Assembly: GCA_017410245.1 (NCBI GenBank)
Contig: JAFQRE010000016.1
Coordinates: forward strand, 5,704-69,703
DNA from: Bacteroidaceae bacterium
GTDB taxonomy: Bacteria; Bacteroidota; Bacteroidia; Bacteroidales; Barnesiellaceae_A
Direction: 5' to 3'
Length of the DNA: 64,000 nt
The first letter of the stretch is position 1. Each line of letters opens with the position of its first letter. Below, in pieces: positions 1 through 10,539 of this stretch. The notes below the pieces were generated by a model that saw nothing but the letters and a program-made list of their open reading frames with translations, was not told the origin of the DNA and ran no database searches. Made by a program: the position numbers and the translations under genes.

Positions 1-883
1 AACGTGCAAACTTGTTGTTGATGGTGTGGCCGGGACGGGTAGCAATGATGCGACCACGAATAGGACGACCTACAAGAGCTATATCACCAAGTATGTCGAG
101 CAATTTGTGTCGGGCAGGCTCGTTGTCGAAAACCAAAGGCTTATTGTTGATATACCCCAGCTGATTGGCAGGCTTATGCTCAACACCTATCGTATCGGCC
201 AATCGATCGAGGTCGGCTTGCTCCATTTCACGATCATATATTACAATAGCATTGTCGAGGTCACCACCTTTTATAAGATTGTTTTTGAGCAAGGGTTCTA
301 TTTCTCTTACAAATACAAAGGTACGACTTGCAGCTATCTGATCCTTAAAGTCGTTCATGCGCTCCATGGCAGCAAATTGGTTGGTAAGGATAGGCGAATC
401 GTATGATACCATTGTGTTGATACTGAACACATCGTCGGGAAGTACAATAATAGAGCTACCGGTAGCCTCATCTACAACCTCAATCTTCGATTTGATGATG
501 AAGTAGTCCTTCTCGGCATTTTGCTCTACTACACCCACACGCTCTATGGCATTGACAAACTCAATAGCACTACCCTCCAAAATAGGCAACTCAGGTGCAT
601 CTACTTGAATGAGGCAGTTGTCTATCTCGGCGCAATACAACGCAGCCATAGCATGTTCGATAGTGCTTATGCGCACATCTCCTTTGCCCACAACCGTACC
701 ACGACTTGTCTCTATAACGTTTTCGGCAACAGCATCAATAATGGGTTGGTCGGGAAGATCTACACGCTGTATTTTATATCCTGTATTTTCAGCGGCAGGC
801 ATAAAAGTTGCAGTAATTTGCAAGCCTGTATGCAAACCTTTGCCGCTTATTGAGAAACTCTCTTTCAGTGTTTTTTGTTTCAT
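1..883 (-). CDS. lpxC: UDP-3-O-acyl-GlcNAc deacetylase (probably the Bacteroidota LpxC-FabZ fusion), runs off the window edge
   Basis: Not in the ORF track. Read manually from ATG at 883: MKQKTLKESFSISGKGLHTG, then NEPARHKLLDILGDIAL (zinc motif) and RPGHTINNKFAR. Lies directly downstream of lpxD. Confidence 0.93.
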   Translation of the reverse strand, partial: MKQKTLKESFSISGKGLHTGLQITATFMPAAENTGYKIQRVDLPDQPIIDAVAENVIETSRGTVVGKGDVRISTIEHAMAALYCAEIDNCLIQVDAPELPILEGSAIEFVNAIERVGVVEQNAEKDYFIIKSKIEVVDEATGSSIIVLPDDVFSINTMVSYDSPILTNQFAAMERMNDFKDQIAASRTFVFVREIEPLLKNNLIKGGDLDNAIVIYDREMEQADLDRLADTIGVEHKPANQLGYINNKPLVFDNEPARHKLLDILGDIALVGRPIRGRIIATRPGHTINNKFAR

Positions 884-932
884 TTTAAACTCCTTTCTAT
901 GTGTATCTTTATAAACCAATACCAAGCTCAGA

Positions 933-1976
933 TTACTTCTGTATTAATTTCTTCAACTCTTCAATCTCTTGGCGCAGCTCTTTTACGGTGCGATTGAGGT
1001 CGGGAAGTCGTTTGATATGTACCGTTTGACGGGCAAACTCGACCTTTTGCACAGCCGGATAGCCCATAATCTCCATACCTTCTTTCACATCGTTGGGGAT
1101 ACCCGATTGAGCACCAACAACAACACGATCGCCCACATGGCGATGACCTGCCACGCCAACTTGACCACCAAACATACATTGAGCGCCTATCTTGGTAGAA
1201 CCAGCAACACCCACTTGTGCTGCCATAACAGTATTTGCGCCCACTTCTACATTGTGAGCTATCTGCACAAGGTTATCGAGTTTCACACCTCGACGTATTG
1301 TGGTAGCCCCCATAGTAGCACGATCGATAGTAGTATTGGCCCCCAACTCGACATTCTCCTCAAGCACAACGATACCAATCTGAGGTATTTTCTTGTACGA
1401 GCCATCGGGTTGTGGAGCAAATCCAAATCCATCAGATCCTACTACAGCACCGGCGTGAAGGATACAATTATTGTCTATACGACAACCATGATACACTTTT
1501 ACACCGGGATACAGAATAACATTGTTACCAATAACAACATCATCGCCCACATACACCTGAGGGTATATTTTAGAGCCAGCACCGATAGTAGCACGCTCAC
1601 CAATATAAGCAAAAGCACCCACATACACATCATCGGCCACTTGAGCCGAGGCAGCAATATGCACATGTTCTTCTACGCCCTGCTTACTACCCCTCACGCT
1701 ATCAACAAGTTCGAGCAAACGTGTAAGACAAGTATAAGGGTCATCAACCTTGATAAGTGTAGGAGTAACCGGTTGCTCCGGCTCAAAGTCACGTCGTACC
1801 AAGGCTATACTAGCTTGAGTTGTATATAAGTATTGGGTATATAACGGATTGGATAAAAATGTAAGTGTACCCGGAGTACCCTCCTCTATCTTAGATAGGT
1901 TACTCACACTCACTTTGGCATCTCCTACCACCTCACCTCCCAGGAAGGTGGCTATTTGTTCGGCTGTAAATTGCAT
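933..1976 (-). CDS. lpxD: UDP-3-O-(3-hydroxyacyl)glucosamine N-acyltransferase
   Basis: Hexapeptide repeats; GSDGFGF, IPQIGIV and [10 protein letters not shown] motifs; adjacent to lpxC. Confidence 0.96.
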   Translation of the reverse strand: MQFTAEQIATFLGGEVVGDAKVSVSNLSKIEEGTPGTLTFLSNPLYTQYLYTTQASIALVRRDFEPEQPVTPTLIKVDDPYTCLTRLLELVDSVRGSKQGVEEHVHIAASAQVADDVYVGAFAYIGERATIGAGSKIYPQVYVGDDVVIGNNVILYPGVKVYHGCRIDNNCILHAGAVVGSDGFGFAPQPDGSYKKIPQIGIVVLEENVELGANTTIDRATMGATTIRRGVKLDNLVQIAHNVEVGANTVMAAQVGVAGSTKIGAQCMFGGQVGVAGHRHVGDRVVVGAQSGIPNDVKEGMEIMGYPAVQKVEFARQTVHIKRLPDLNRTVKELRQEIEELKKLIQK

Positions 1977-2117
1977 ATTTATTTTTGCTATTTAGGCGCA
2001 AAGTTCGTAATTATTTTTCACATATTCTCTCTTTTTGTTCATAAAACAACAAAATACCCGCTATAGTATATTGTAGGTGCGATGTTAAAAATATATAATA
2101 AAAAAGTCCCCCGATTA

Positions 2118-2149
2118 TTTGTCAAACGCAAGGAAATCCGTTATCTTTG
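2118..2149 (+). promoter_or_regulatory. Bacteroidota sigma-A promoter for spt
   Basis: TTTG (2118-2121), 20-nt spacer, TATCTTTG (2142-2149): matches the -33/-7 consensus. Confidence 0.8.
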
Positions 2150-2213
2150 CCAACTGTATTGAAGTTTGATAACTAATTTTAGCATTTCGCATGCTAAATA
2201 AAAAAGATAAATT

Positions 2214-3401
2214 ATGAAGTTATTACAAACCAAACTCGCTCGATACGATGCACCGCAAATCGCTAAGGCAAAAGGTGTTTATCCATATTTTCGCGAGATA
2301 ACAAGCGACCAAGATACAGTGGTCAAGATTAATGGTAAAAAAGTGCTGATGTTTGGCTCAAATAGTTACTTAGGCCTTACAAATCACCCCAAAATCAAAG
2401 AAGCCGCAATAAAGGCAACAAAGAAATATGGTACAGGTTGCGCTGGTTCTCGTTTCTTGAATGGTACACTCGACCTACATACCCAACTTGAAAAACGCCT
2501 CGCCAAGTTTGTCGGCAAAGAAGAAGCCCTCATCTATTCAACCGGTTTCCAAGTAAATCTTGGTGTAGTATCATGCCTCACTGGTCGTGAAGATTATATC
2601 ATCACCGACGAGTCAGACCATGCTTCTATCGTTGACGGTTTCCGTCTCTCGTTCTCTAAGCGATTGAAATATCGTCACAATGATATGTTTGAGTTGGAGC
2701 AACGACTCAAAATGTGTCCTCCCGAAGCAGTGAAGCTCGTTGTTACCGATGGTGTATTCTCGATGGAAGGCGATGTAGCCAATCTACCCAAGATGGTAGA
2801 GTTGTGTAAACAATACAACGCCGCCCTGATGGTCGATGAGGCTCATGGTATAGGTGTATTCGGTCGTAACGGCCGTGGTGTATGCGACCACTTTGGTGTT
2901 ACCGATGATGTAGATCTCATCATGGGTACATTCAGTAAGTCATTCGCATCATTAGGCGGTTTCATTGCCACCGATGCAGTTACAGCCAACTTCTTGCGTC
3001 ACAACTCTCGTTCGTATATCTTCTCGGCAAGTATCACTCCCGCTTCTACAGCCGCAGCCAACGCCGCACTCGACATTATGGAGAGCGAACCCGAGCGTTT
3101 CGACCGTTTGTGGGACGTTACCAACTATGCCCTTGAGGGTTTCCGCAACATGGGTTGCGAGATAGGAAACACTTGCACACCTATCATACCCCTCTATGTA
3201 CGCGACAACGACAAGACATTCCTTGTTACTCGCATGTTGCTCGATGATGGTATTTTTGTCAATCCCGTTGTTTCGCCAGCAGTAGCTCCACACGACACAC
3301 TCATTCGCATCTCGTTTATGGCTACTCACACTCGCGAGCAAGTAGATGTATTGTTAGAGAAAATCGAGAAGAATTTCCGCATGCTCAACATTATTCCTTG
3401 A
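2214..3401 (+). CDS. spt: Serine palmitoyltransferase (alpha-oxoamine synthase family, PLP-dependent)
   Basis: GSNSYLGL, GTGCAGSRFLNGT, DEAHG and GTFSKS (PLP lysine) motifs; N-terminal GVYPYFR is typical of Bacteroidales SPT. Confidence 0.85.
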   Translation: MKLLQTKLARYDAPQIAKAKGVYPYFREITSDQDTVVKINGKKVLMFGSNSYLGLTNHPKIKEAAIKATKKYGTGCAGSRFLNGTLDLHTQLEKRLAKFVGKEEALIYSTGFQVNLGVVSCLTGREDYIITDESDHASIVDGFRLSFSKRLKYRHNDMFELEQRLKMCPPEAVKLVVTDGVFSMEGDVANLPKMVELCKQYNAALMVDEAHGIGVFGRNGRGVCDHFGVTDDVDLIMGTFSKSFASLGGFIATDAVTANFLRHNSRSYIFSASITPASTAAANAALDIMESEPERFDRLWDVTNYALEGFRNMGCEIGNTCTPIIPLYVRDNDKTFLVTRMLLDDGIFVNPVVSPAVAPHDTLIRISFMATHTREQVDVLLEKIEKNFRMLNIIP

Positions 3402-3425
3402 CAAATAAAGCATTACAATACAACC

Positions 3426-3459
3426 GAGGGTGCAAACGCATGTTTGCATCCTCTCTTTA
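3426..3459 (+). terminator. Intrinsic terminator after spt
   Basis: gagggtgcaaac-gcat-gtttgcatcctc stem followed by tcttta. Confidence 0.65.
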
Positions 3460-3476
3460 TATCAAAAAAAGAGACC

Positions 3477-4115
3477 ATGCAACTGAAAGATATAAAAAAG
3501 CTATACCGCTTGTACATGAATGGCATCGTATCGCACAGCATGAGACAGAAGGGTGCAGCATATCGCGTCAATTTCGGACTCACACTGCCACTATTGCGTC
3601 GCATAGCACAACAAGTGCCTCCTTCACCTCAAATTGCCGAAGAACTATGGCACGACACCGGCGTACGCGAGTCGATGCTATTGGCACCAATGCTCTACCC
3701 AATTGAGCAATGCACACCCGAGGTAGCACAACGTTGGGCCTCAGAGATACCCAATGTAGAGGTTGCCGACTTCTGCTGCAAATATCTCTTCTCTCAACTA
3801 CACTCAGCCCCCCGGCTGGCCGGTTGCTGGATTACATCGACAAGCAGCCTCCTGCAATACACAGGATTTCGGTTGGCATACTCATTACTCAATGACATAG
3901 ACGACACCGAGTGGCTGAAAGAGACCTCTCGGCAAGCAATAGCTATAGCTCACAACAACGAGGGTGCAGCAGCTCAAGCCGCACAACGCTACCTCACAGA
4001 AGCATTGATGCTAAAAACTGCCGGTCGCATAGTAGTAGAACTGCTACAAAAAGACAACAACATAGACAATTCTTGGCGTACAAACCTCATCGCATTGTAT
4101 GACGAGGAGTTGTAG
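3477..4115 (+). CDS. DNA alkylation repair protein (AlkD-like HEAT repeat)
   Basis: MNGIVSHSMR..G..Y.VNFGLTLP and LW....RESMLLA pattern. ATG 3477 preferred over the ORF-track start, which lies inside the terminator. Confidence 0.75.
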   Translation: MQLKDIKKLYRLYMNGIVSHSMRQKGAAYRVNFGLTLPLLRRIAQQVPPSPQIAEELWHDTGVRESMLLAPMLYPIEQCTPEVAQRWASEIPNVEVADFCCKYLFSQLHSAPRLAGCWITSTSSLLQYTGFRLAYSLLNDIDDTEWLKETSRQAIAIAHNNEGAAAQAAQRYLTEALMLKTAGRIVVELLQKDNNIDNSWRTNLIALYDEEL

Positions 4116-4134
4116 AACGCCACATACAAATACA

Positions 4135-4179
4135 ATAATAAGGCTGAGCTGATAACCCTTCGGCTCAGCCTTATTGTTT
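4135..4179. terminator. Intrinsic terminator
   Basis: aataaggctgagc ... gctcagccttatt inverted repeat. Confidence 0.75.
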
Positions 4180-4335
4180 GCTATTAGACACACTTCTACC
4201 AGGATTTAGGCAACCTGATTCTATCTACATTTACACCTATGACATGATTTTTATTGGGAAAATGCTCTTTTTTGAAATAAAAACTATTTTATCACGATTT
4301 TTTATTAAATTTGTATGCTGATAAACTATGTAACA

Positions 4336-5445
4336 ATGAGCCAAAATTCATTACTGGACAAACTGAAAGACTTACAGTTGCGATTTGAAGAGGTAGGTAC
4401 ACTCATTACCGACCCGGCTGTTATTGCCGACCAAAAGCGCTACGTAAAACTCACCAAAGAATACAGCGATCTTGAAAAAATCAACGCAGCAACAATACGA
4501 TACGAAGGCTTGCTGAACTCAATCAGTGAAGCACGCGAAATACTCGAAGCCGAGAACGACCCCGAATTGCGAGAAATGGCCAAAGAAGAACTTGACAACA
4601 GCCAAGCGCAAATACCCGACATGGAGGAGGAGATAAAGTTGCTACTCGTTCCGGCCGACCCCGAAGATGGCAAGAATGCCATCGTAGAGATACGAGGCGG
4701 CACAGGAGGTGACGAGGCGGCCATTTTTGCCGGAGACTTGTTCCGTATGTACTCGAAATATTGCGAAACAAAGGGTTGGAACCTGAGTGTATCGAGTTTC
4801 AACGAAGGCACATCGGGCGGATATAAAGAGATAATCTTTGCCGTAAGTGGCGACAATGTATATGGCACAATGAAGTATGAAAGCGGCGTACATCGTGTAC
4901 AGCGTGTGCCTGCTACAGAGACTCAAGGTCGAGTACATACATCGGCTGCCACCGTAGCAGTACTGCCCGAGGCCGAAGAGTTTGATGTAGAGATAAACGA
5001 AGGCGAAATAAAATGGGACACCTTCCGCTCGGGAGGCGCCGGCGGCCAGAATGTAAACAAAGTAGAGTCGGGTGTGCGCTTGCGTTACGTATGGCGTAAC
5101 CCCAATACGGGTGTATCGGAAGAAATCCTCATAGAATGTACCGAGACACGCGACCAACCCAAGAACAAAGAGCGGGCCTTGTCGCGTCTGCGTACATTTA
5201 TATACGACAAAGAGCACCAAAAATATATCGATGACATAGCGGCTCGACGTAAAACCATGGTTTCGACCGGCGACCGTAGTGCAAAGATACGCACCTACAA
5301 CTATCCGCAAGGTCGCATAACCGACCATCGCATCGGATACACCATATACAACCTACCGGCATTTATGGACGGCGATATACAAGATTGTATAGACCACCTT
5401 ATCGTAGCCGAGAATGCCGAACGACTAAAAGAGAGTGAACTATAA
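4336..5445 (+). CDS. prfA: Peptide chain release factor 1
   Basis: GGQ motif ([12 protein letters not shown]), PAT anticodon mimic (VQRVPATE), [10 protein letters not shown]. Confidence 0.97.
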   Translation: MSQNSLLDKLKDLQLRFEEVGTLITDPAVIADQKRYVKLTKEYSDLEKINAATIRYEGLLNSISEAREILEAENDPELREMAKEELDNSQAQIPDMEEEIKLLLVPADPEDGKNAIVEIRGGTGGDEAAIFAGDLFRMYSKYCETKGWNLSVSSFNEGTSGGYKEIIFAVSGDNVYGTMKYESGVHRVQRVPATETQGRVHTSAATVAVLPEAEEFDVEINEGEIKWDTFRSGGAGGQNVNKVESGVRLRYVWRNPNTGVSEEILIECTETRDQPKNKERALSRLRTFIYDKEHQKYIDDIAARRKTMVSTGDRSAKIRTYNYPQGRITDHRIGYTIYNLPAFMDGDIQDCIDHLIVAENAERLKESEL

Positions 5446-5471
5446 ACAACACAAAAATAAAGTCCATAATT

Positions 5472-6302
5472 ATGAATCGTCAGGAACTTTTTGAAAATAT
5501 CCGTCGTAAGAAATCATTTCTTTGCGTAGGACTTGATACCGACATACGCAAGATACCGGCACATTTGCGCGATCGTGAAGATGCAATATTTGCCTTCAAC
5601 AAAGCCATTATCGATGCAACCGCCGACCTTTGCGTTGCATATAAACCCAATCTTGCATTTTACGAGAGTCTCGGATTGGCCGGCTGGCAAGCATTTGAGG
5701 ATACAGTACGCTACATACGCAGCAACTATCCCGATATGCTCATCATTGCCGATGCCAAGCGTGGCGATATTGGCAACACCAGCGAGATGTATGCACGCAG
5801 CTTCTTTGAGCACCTCGACATACACGCTGTAACAGTAGCCCCCTACATGGGCGAAGATAGCGTTAAGCCCTTCCTCAACTACGACAACCGTTGGGTAATT
5901 GTATTGGGCTTGACATCTAACAAAGGCTCGCACGACTTCCAACTCACAGCCGATGCCAATGGCGAGCGCCTCTTTGAGAAGGTATTGCGCGTAGCACAGA
6001 CTTGGGGTACAACCGACAACATGATGTTTGTAGTAGGTGCAACTCAGGGTTCACTCTTTGAGGACATACGTCGCGTAGCTCCCAACCACTTCTTGCTTGT
6101 TCCCGGTGTTGGAGCTCAAGGCGGTAGCCTCAGCGAGGTTGCCAAGTATGGCCTCAACGACCACTGCGGCCTCATCGTCAATTCATCACGTCAGATTATC
6201 TACGCCGATAACAGCGAGAACTTTGCTGAAGCAGCCCGTGCACAAGCACTTGCTGTACAACAAGATATGGAACAAATCCTAAAAGAAAGAAACATTTTAT
6301 AA
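5472..6302 (+). CDS. pyrF: Orotidine-5'-phosphate decarboxylase
   Basis: [16 protein letters not shown] and PGVGAQGG motifs. Confidence 0.96.
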   Translation: MNRQELFENIRRKKSFLCVGLDTDIRKIPAHLRDREDAIFAFNKAIIDATADLCVAYKPNLAFYESLGLAGWQAFEDTVRYIRSNYPDMLIIADAKRGDIGNTSEMYARSFFEHLDIHAVTVAPYMGEDSVKPFLNYDNRWVIVLGLTSNKGSHDFQLTADANGERLFEKVLRVAQTWGTTDNMMFVVGATQGSLFEDIRRVAPNHFLLVPGVGAQGGSLSEVAKYGLNDHCGLIVNSSRQIIYADNSENFAEAARAQALAVQQDMEQILKERNIL

Positions 6303-6321
6303 ACCACAAAAAAATCAGACA

Positions 6322-6897
6322 ATGAAAACTATTAAAGGAACTCAAACAGAGAAAAATCTGCTCACTTCATTTGCAGGAGAGAGCCAAGCTCGCATGCGTT
6401 ATAACTACTTTGCAAGTGTAGCCAAGAAAGAGGGTTACGAACAAATTGCAGCCATATTTGAAGAGACTGCCAATCAAGAAAAAGAGCACGCTAAGCGCAT
6501 GTTTAAATATCTCGAAGGTGGTATGGTAGAAATCACTGCATGCTATCCCGCCGGTGTTATTGGTACTACAGCAGAGAACCTTCGTGCTGCGGCTGCCGGT
6601 GAGAACGAAGAATGGTCAAAAGACTATCCTCACTTTGCCGATGTTGCTGCCGAGGAAGGTTTTGCCGACATCGCTGCCATGTATCGCAATATAGCTATTG
6701 CCGAGAAAGGTCACGAAGAGCGTTACCTTGCATTCTTGGCCAACATCGAGAATGGCACCGTATTTGAAAAAGCCGAGAATACCGTATGGCAATGTCGCAA
6801 CTGTGGTTTCATCATGGAAGGTACAAAGGCTCCCAAAGTATGCCCCGCTTGCTTGCACCCCCAAGCACACTTTGAAGTGATGAAAACAAACATTTAA
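6322..6897 (+). CDS. rbr: Rubrerythrin
   Basis: FAGESQA, EKEHA and EKGHE di-iron ligands; C-terminal CRNC/CPAC rubredoxin domain. Confidence 0.95.
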   Translation: MKTIKGTQTEKNLLTSFAGESQARMRYNYFASVAKKEGYEQIAAIFEETANQEKEHAKRMFKYLEGGMVEITACYPAGVIGTTAENLRAAAAGENEEWSKDYPHFADVAAEEGFADIAAMYRNIAIAEKGHEERYLAFLANIENGTVFEKAENTVWQCRNCGFIMEGTKAPKVCPACLHPQAHFEVMKTNI

Positions 6898-6941
6898 TGA
6901 CAATTGTTATATCCTCTAAAGAATTAGATAAATAAATCTAT

Positions 6942-8192
6942 ATGCAAGCAATTGACAATTTCAATTTTTCGGGCAAAAGAGCCATCGTACGTGTCGATTT
7001 TAACGTACCCCTTGATGAGAATGGCCACATTACCGACGATACACGCATTCGCGGTGCATTGCCCACATTAAAGAAAATCCTCGCCGATGGAGGTAGCCTC
7101 ATTATCATGTCGCACATGGGCAAACCCAAGAAAAATCCCGACATGAAATACTCTTTGGGACAAATTGTTGATGCTGTATCGGAGAAACTCGGTGTAAAAG
7201 TACAATTTGCCCCCGACTGCATGAAAGCCGATGAGGCTGCAGCAGCTCTCAAACCGGGCGAAGTTCTCATGCTCGAGAACCTCCGCTTCTATGCCGAAGA
7301 AGAGGGTAAGCCCCGTGGAGAATTTGCTACCGAAGAGGAGAAGAAAGCTGCTAAGGCTGCTATGAAAGAGCCTCAAAAAGAGTTTGCTAAACACCTCGCT
7401 TCGTATGCCGACTGCTATGTAAACGATGCATTTGGTACAGCTCACCGCAAACACGCATCTACTGCTATCATAGCCGACTACTTCGATGCCGACCACAAGA
7501 TGCTCGGCTACCTCATGGAGAAAGAGGTTGAGGCCGTAGATAATGTTTTGAGCAACATCAAACGCCCCTTTACAGCCATCATGGGTGGTTCGAAAGTATC
7601 TACCAAAATAGGTATTATCGAGAACTTGATGGACAAGGTTGACAACCTTATTCTTTGCGGTGGTATGACATATACTTTTGCCAAAGCACAAGGTGGTAAC
7701 ATAGGTAAATCAATCTGCGAAGACGACAAGTTGCAACTTGCTCTCGACATCATAGCTCAAGCCAAAGCAAAGGGTGTAAACCTTGTATTGGGTGTAGATT
7801 GTGTAGCCGGTGACGACTTCTCTAATGAAGCCAACACTCAAGTTGTTCCTGTCAACAACATTCCCGAAGGCTGGGAAGGTATGGACGCCGGCCCCAAGAC
7901 TCGCGAACTCTTTGCCAACACTATTCGCGGTTCTAAGACAATACTTTGGAATGGTCCTGCAGGAGTGTTTGAGTTCGATACATTCTCTCAAGGCTCACGT
8001 GCGGTTGCCGAGGCTATCGCCGAAGCTACTGACGAGGGTGCATTCTCACTCATTGGTGGTGGTGACTCGGTAGCTTGTATCAACAAATTTGGTATGGCCG
8101 ACCGCGTATCATACATCTCTACCGGTGGTGGCGCATTGCTCGAGGCTATCGAGGGCAAGGTACTCCCCGGTATTGCAGCTATCAAAGGCTGA
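6942..8192 (+). CDS. pgk: Phosphoglycerate kinase
   Basis: [21 protein letters not shown] and STGGGA motifs. Confidence 0.98.
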   Translation: MQAIDNFNFSGKRAIVRVDFNVPLDENGHITDDTRIRGALPTLKKILADGGSLIIMSHMGKPKKNPDMKYSLGQIVDAVSEKLGVKVQFAPDCMKADEAAAALKPGEVLMLENLRFYAEEEGKPRGEFATEEEKKAAKAAMKEPQKEFAKHLASYADCYVNDAFGTAHRKHASTAIIADYFDADHKMLGYLMEKEVEAVDNVLSNIKRPFTAIMGGSKVSTKIGIIENLMDKVDNLILCGGMTYTFAKAQGGNIGKSICEDDKLQLALDIIAQAKAKGVNLVLGVDCVAGDDFSNEANTQVVPVNNIPEGWEGMDAGPKTRELFANTIRGSKTILWNGPAGVFEFDTFSQGSRAVAEAIAEATDEGAFSLIGGGDSVACINKFGMADRVSYISTGGGALLEAIEGKVLPGIAAIKG

Positions 8193-8216
8193 TAGTCCCT
8201 ATACCAATATAATACG

Positions 8217-8245
8217 AGAGACTGACCCGATGGGTCAGTCTCTTT
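8217..8245. terminator. Intrinsic terminator between convergent genes
   Basis: agagactgaccc-gat-gggtcagtctct perfect 12-bp stem. Confidence 0.8.
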
Positions 8246-8379
8246 GCTATCATACAAGCGCACATACACGCTATTTAGCCCTTATTGGCTGCCGAGCTTT
8301 AGTAGCACCTATATCAATTTATCTCCTTTTGCGATGCGACAATGATTACTGCGCTGTTCGTTATAGTCGCAAAGTGTAT

Positions 8380-9081
8380 TTATTGCACAGGTATAAGTTG
8401 TCGGGCTTTGGCCATGTTCGACTCATATTCCGGAAAGCCTTGTCCGGCAGGAACATTAATGTAAACAACCAAATTCATACCCATATCACTCAAGAAGCCA
8501 ACCATCACCTGCTGATCGATAGATATAAAAGCCTCCTCTATTTCTTCATCTAAAGGCAAGTAACGCTCCTTCAAGAAAAGAGCTACTTCCTCGGCCGATA
8601 CCTCAGGAAGAACTACATAAGCCATCTCCAAGATAGGGCCATTGAAACTATAGGTATACATAGTTGTATTGTCCTTAGATATATAGGCATATACACCTTC
8701 CTCACCCCCTTCATTTTCCAACAAGTCATAGTCTTTCATATATTGCTGCACAGCTTCAACTGTTACATCAACACCCATCAAAGGCTCGCGGAATGTATTA
8801 TAGCGAGGATTGACTATAACGCTACAAGCATCATCATTGGCACAAACATTGGTTTTACCAACAAGATGAGCCGTTACAAGACCATTTTCGACACTGGCTA
8901 TGAGCGGTTGTTCAGACAACCACACACACTCGCCGGCATTATAAGTGAGTTGATAAGTTTCATTGGTTAGCATCTCAATCTTGTCCTTATTAAGACCTTG
9001 TGTTGTCTCTTTCTCACAAGAGAATGACATTAATGACAATGTTATCACTACGATGGCTGTTAGAAAAAATGTCCTTTTCAT
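8380..9081 (-). CDS. Hypothetical lipoprotein with an Ig-like (Big_2-like) N-terminal domain
   Basis: Signal peptide II ending FSC followed by EKE. W.SEQP.IASVENGLVTA..VGKT resembles Big_2. ATG at 9081. Confidence 0.65.
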   Translation of the reverse strand: MKRTFFLTAIVVITLSLMSFSCEKETTQGLNKDKIEMLTNETYQLTYNAGECVWLSEQPLIASVENGLVTAHLVGKTNVCANDDACSVIVNPRYNTFREPLMGVDVTVEAVQQYMKDYDLLENEGGEEGVYAYISKDNTTMYTYSFNGPILEMAYVVLPEVSAEEVALFLKERYLPLDEEIEEAFISIDQQVMVGFLSDMGMNLVVYINVPAGQGFPEYESNMAKARQLIPVQ

Positions 9082-9282
9082 AATGGTAAATTTTAAATTA
9101 AGGTTTATATTATTGCAGTAATCACATGTAACACTTAACAATGCAAAAATAAGGAAAAACTGAATAAAACAAAATAAATAACAAACTAAAAATTTAGTTT
9201 ACCAAGACACCTCAACCCTCATAGCAACATACATCTACAAACGACATAGATGATTGTTGGCAAATAACCCCAAAATAAAGAA

Positions 9283-10527
9283 CTATTGATAAAGAGATGA
9301 ACGAGGTACAAACGACTCGGGCAGAGGCATATCATTGACAGCCGCCCATAGAAACTCGTTAAACTCGGCCGGACGCACATACTTGCCCTGCTCCTCTACG
9401 CTGATGGTATGACCTACAATTACGCGGTGCTCGCCTTTATTTTTGTTGAATAACTCCGACGGCATACGCAACAGCCTCAACGGAAGGCCCAAGTATCCCA
9501 ACCAATAATATAGGCGCGAGTTGCGATCAAGAAATCGGATAGGAACGATAGGCAGATGTGCCTCTTGTATAAATCGCAACGTATCGGTATCCCATGGACG
9601 ATCGATGACACGGTGTTGCCTGTGTCTATAATCCGAGCCTACACCCGATGGGAATATACCTACCGGCGAATGGGCTGCAAAATGTGCCGAAACCTCAATA
9701 AATCGCTCATGCACGCCACCCATACGAGCATACACAAAGCTATCACTAAGAGGCTTGATGCGAGAAAACAACTCATTGGCATAGATCTTGAAATCGGCAC
9801 GCTTATGACCTATCATATCAATGAGAACAATAGCATCTAATGCACCATAAGGTTGATTGCTGACTACTATAAAAGCGCCCTCGGGCAGTTGTTGCAGACG
9901 CTCGCTATGGCCTACCCGATAGTCACAATCGACATAACGCAACAACTTGTCGGTACACTCTACCCCCCTATCAAAATATACCTGATCGTACAACACATTG
10001 AGTTTGGTAGCATCACACACCGCTATCACTATCTTGGCCAACAAGCGACCCCAACGACCTTGAAAGACCGGCGACAAGTCGGCCAACTCATCGACATTGA
10101 GCAACTCATGTTCGGGGTGCTCCTTGCGTTTGCGAAAGACCACCAGCTTCTCTAAGAAGAAATTGAGAATACCCGATATACACAAAGCGACGATGTTACA
10201 TACAATCACGTCCCAGGCATAAATATGCTCAAAGAGCAACAAGAAGAGCATCTTCACCGCAAAACCCGACAATGCGGCGATATTGAACACCATAAAATGC
10301 TTGAAAAACGACCTAAGACTCTTATCCTCTACCCTATTGTTCCATATAAAGAAGTAGGAACACAAGAAATTGCTCATTACGGCAAATTCAAACGATATCA
10401 TAGGAGAGATAACATTGCGCTCAAAGTAGCTGCCACTGAAGATGTAGTCGGAACACAACCATAGCACGAGTGTATCTACACCCGTGCCAAGATAACGGCT
10501 TAAAATGTATAGAATATATACGCGCAA
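9283..10527 (-). CDS. GtrA-family membrane domain fused to a PlsC-like (lysophospholipid) acyltransferase domain
   Basis: Four hydrophobic helices with GTGVD, SNF..SYFFIW and NF.LEKLVVF (GtrA). Then IVVSNQPYGALD, GIFPSG and PIVPI acyltransferase blocks. TTG start. Confidence 0.75.
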   Translation of the reverse strand: MRVYILYILSRYLGTGVDTLVLWLCSDYIFSGSYFERNVISPMISFEFAVMSNFLCSYFFIWNNRVEDKSLRSFFKHFMVFNIAALSGFAVKMLFLLLFEHIYAWDVIVCNIVALCISGILNFFLEKLVVFRKRKEHPEHELLNVDELADLSPVFQGRWGRLLAKIVIAVCDATKLNVLYDQVYFDRGVECTDKLLRYVDCDYRVGHSERLQQLPEGAFIVVSNQPYGALDAIVLIDMIGHKRADFKIYANELFSRIKPLSDSFVYARMGGVHERFIEVSAHFAAHSPVGIFPSGVGSDYRHRQHRVIDRPWDTDTLRFIQEAHLPIVPIRFLDRNSRLYYWLGYLGLPLRLLRMPSELFNKNKGEHRVIVGHTISVEEQGKYVRPAEFNEFLWAAVNDMPLPESFVPRSSLYQ

Positions 10528-10539
10528 ATTCTCTAACTA

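Noticed and set aside
26-914. Three plus-strand ORFs in the ORF track
   Set aside because: They overlap lpxC on the minus strand, which the track omitted because it has no stop codon within the window.
7296-7380. Charged insertion in PGK (EEEGKPRG...KKAAKAAMK)
   Set aside because: A familiar feature of Bacteroidales PGK, so not specific to this genome.
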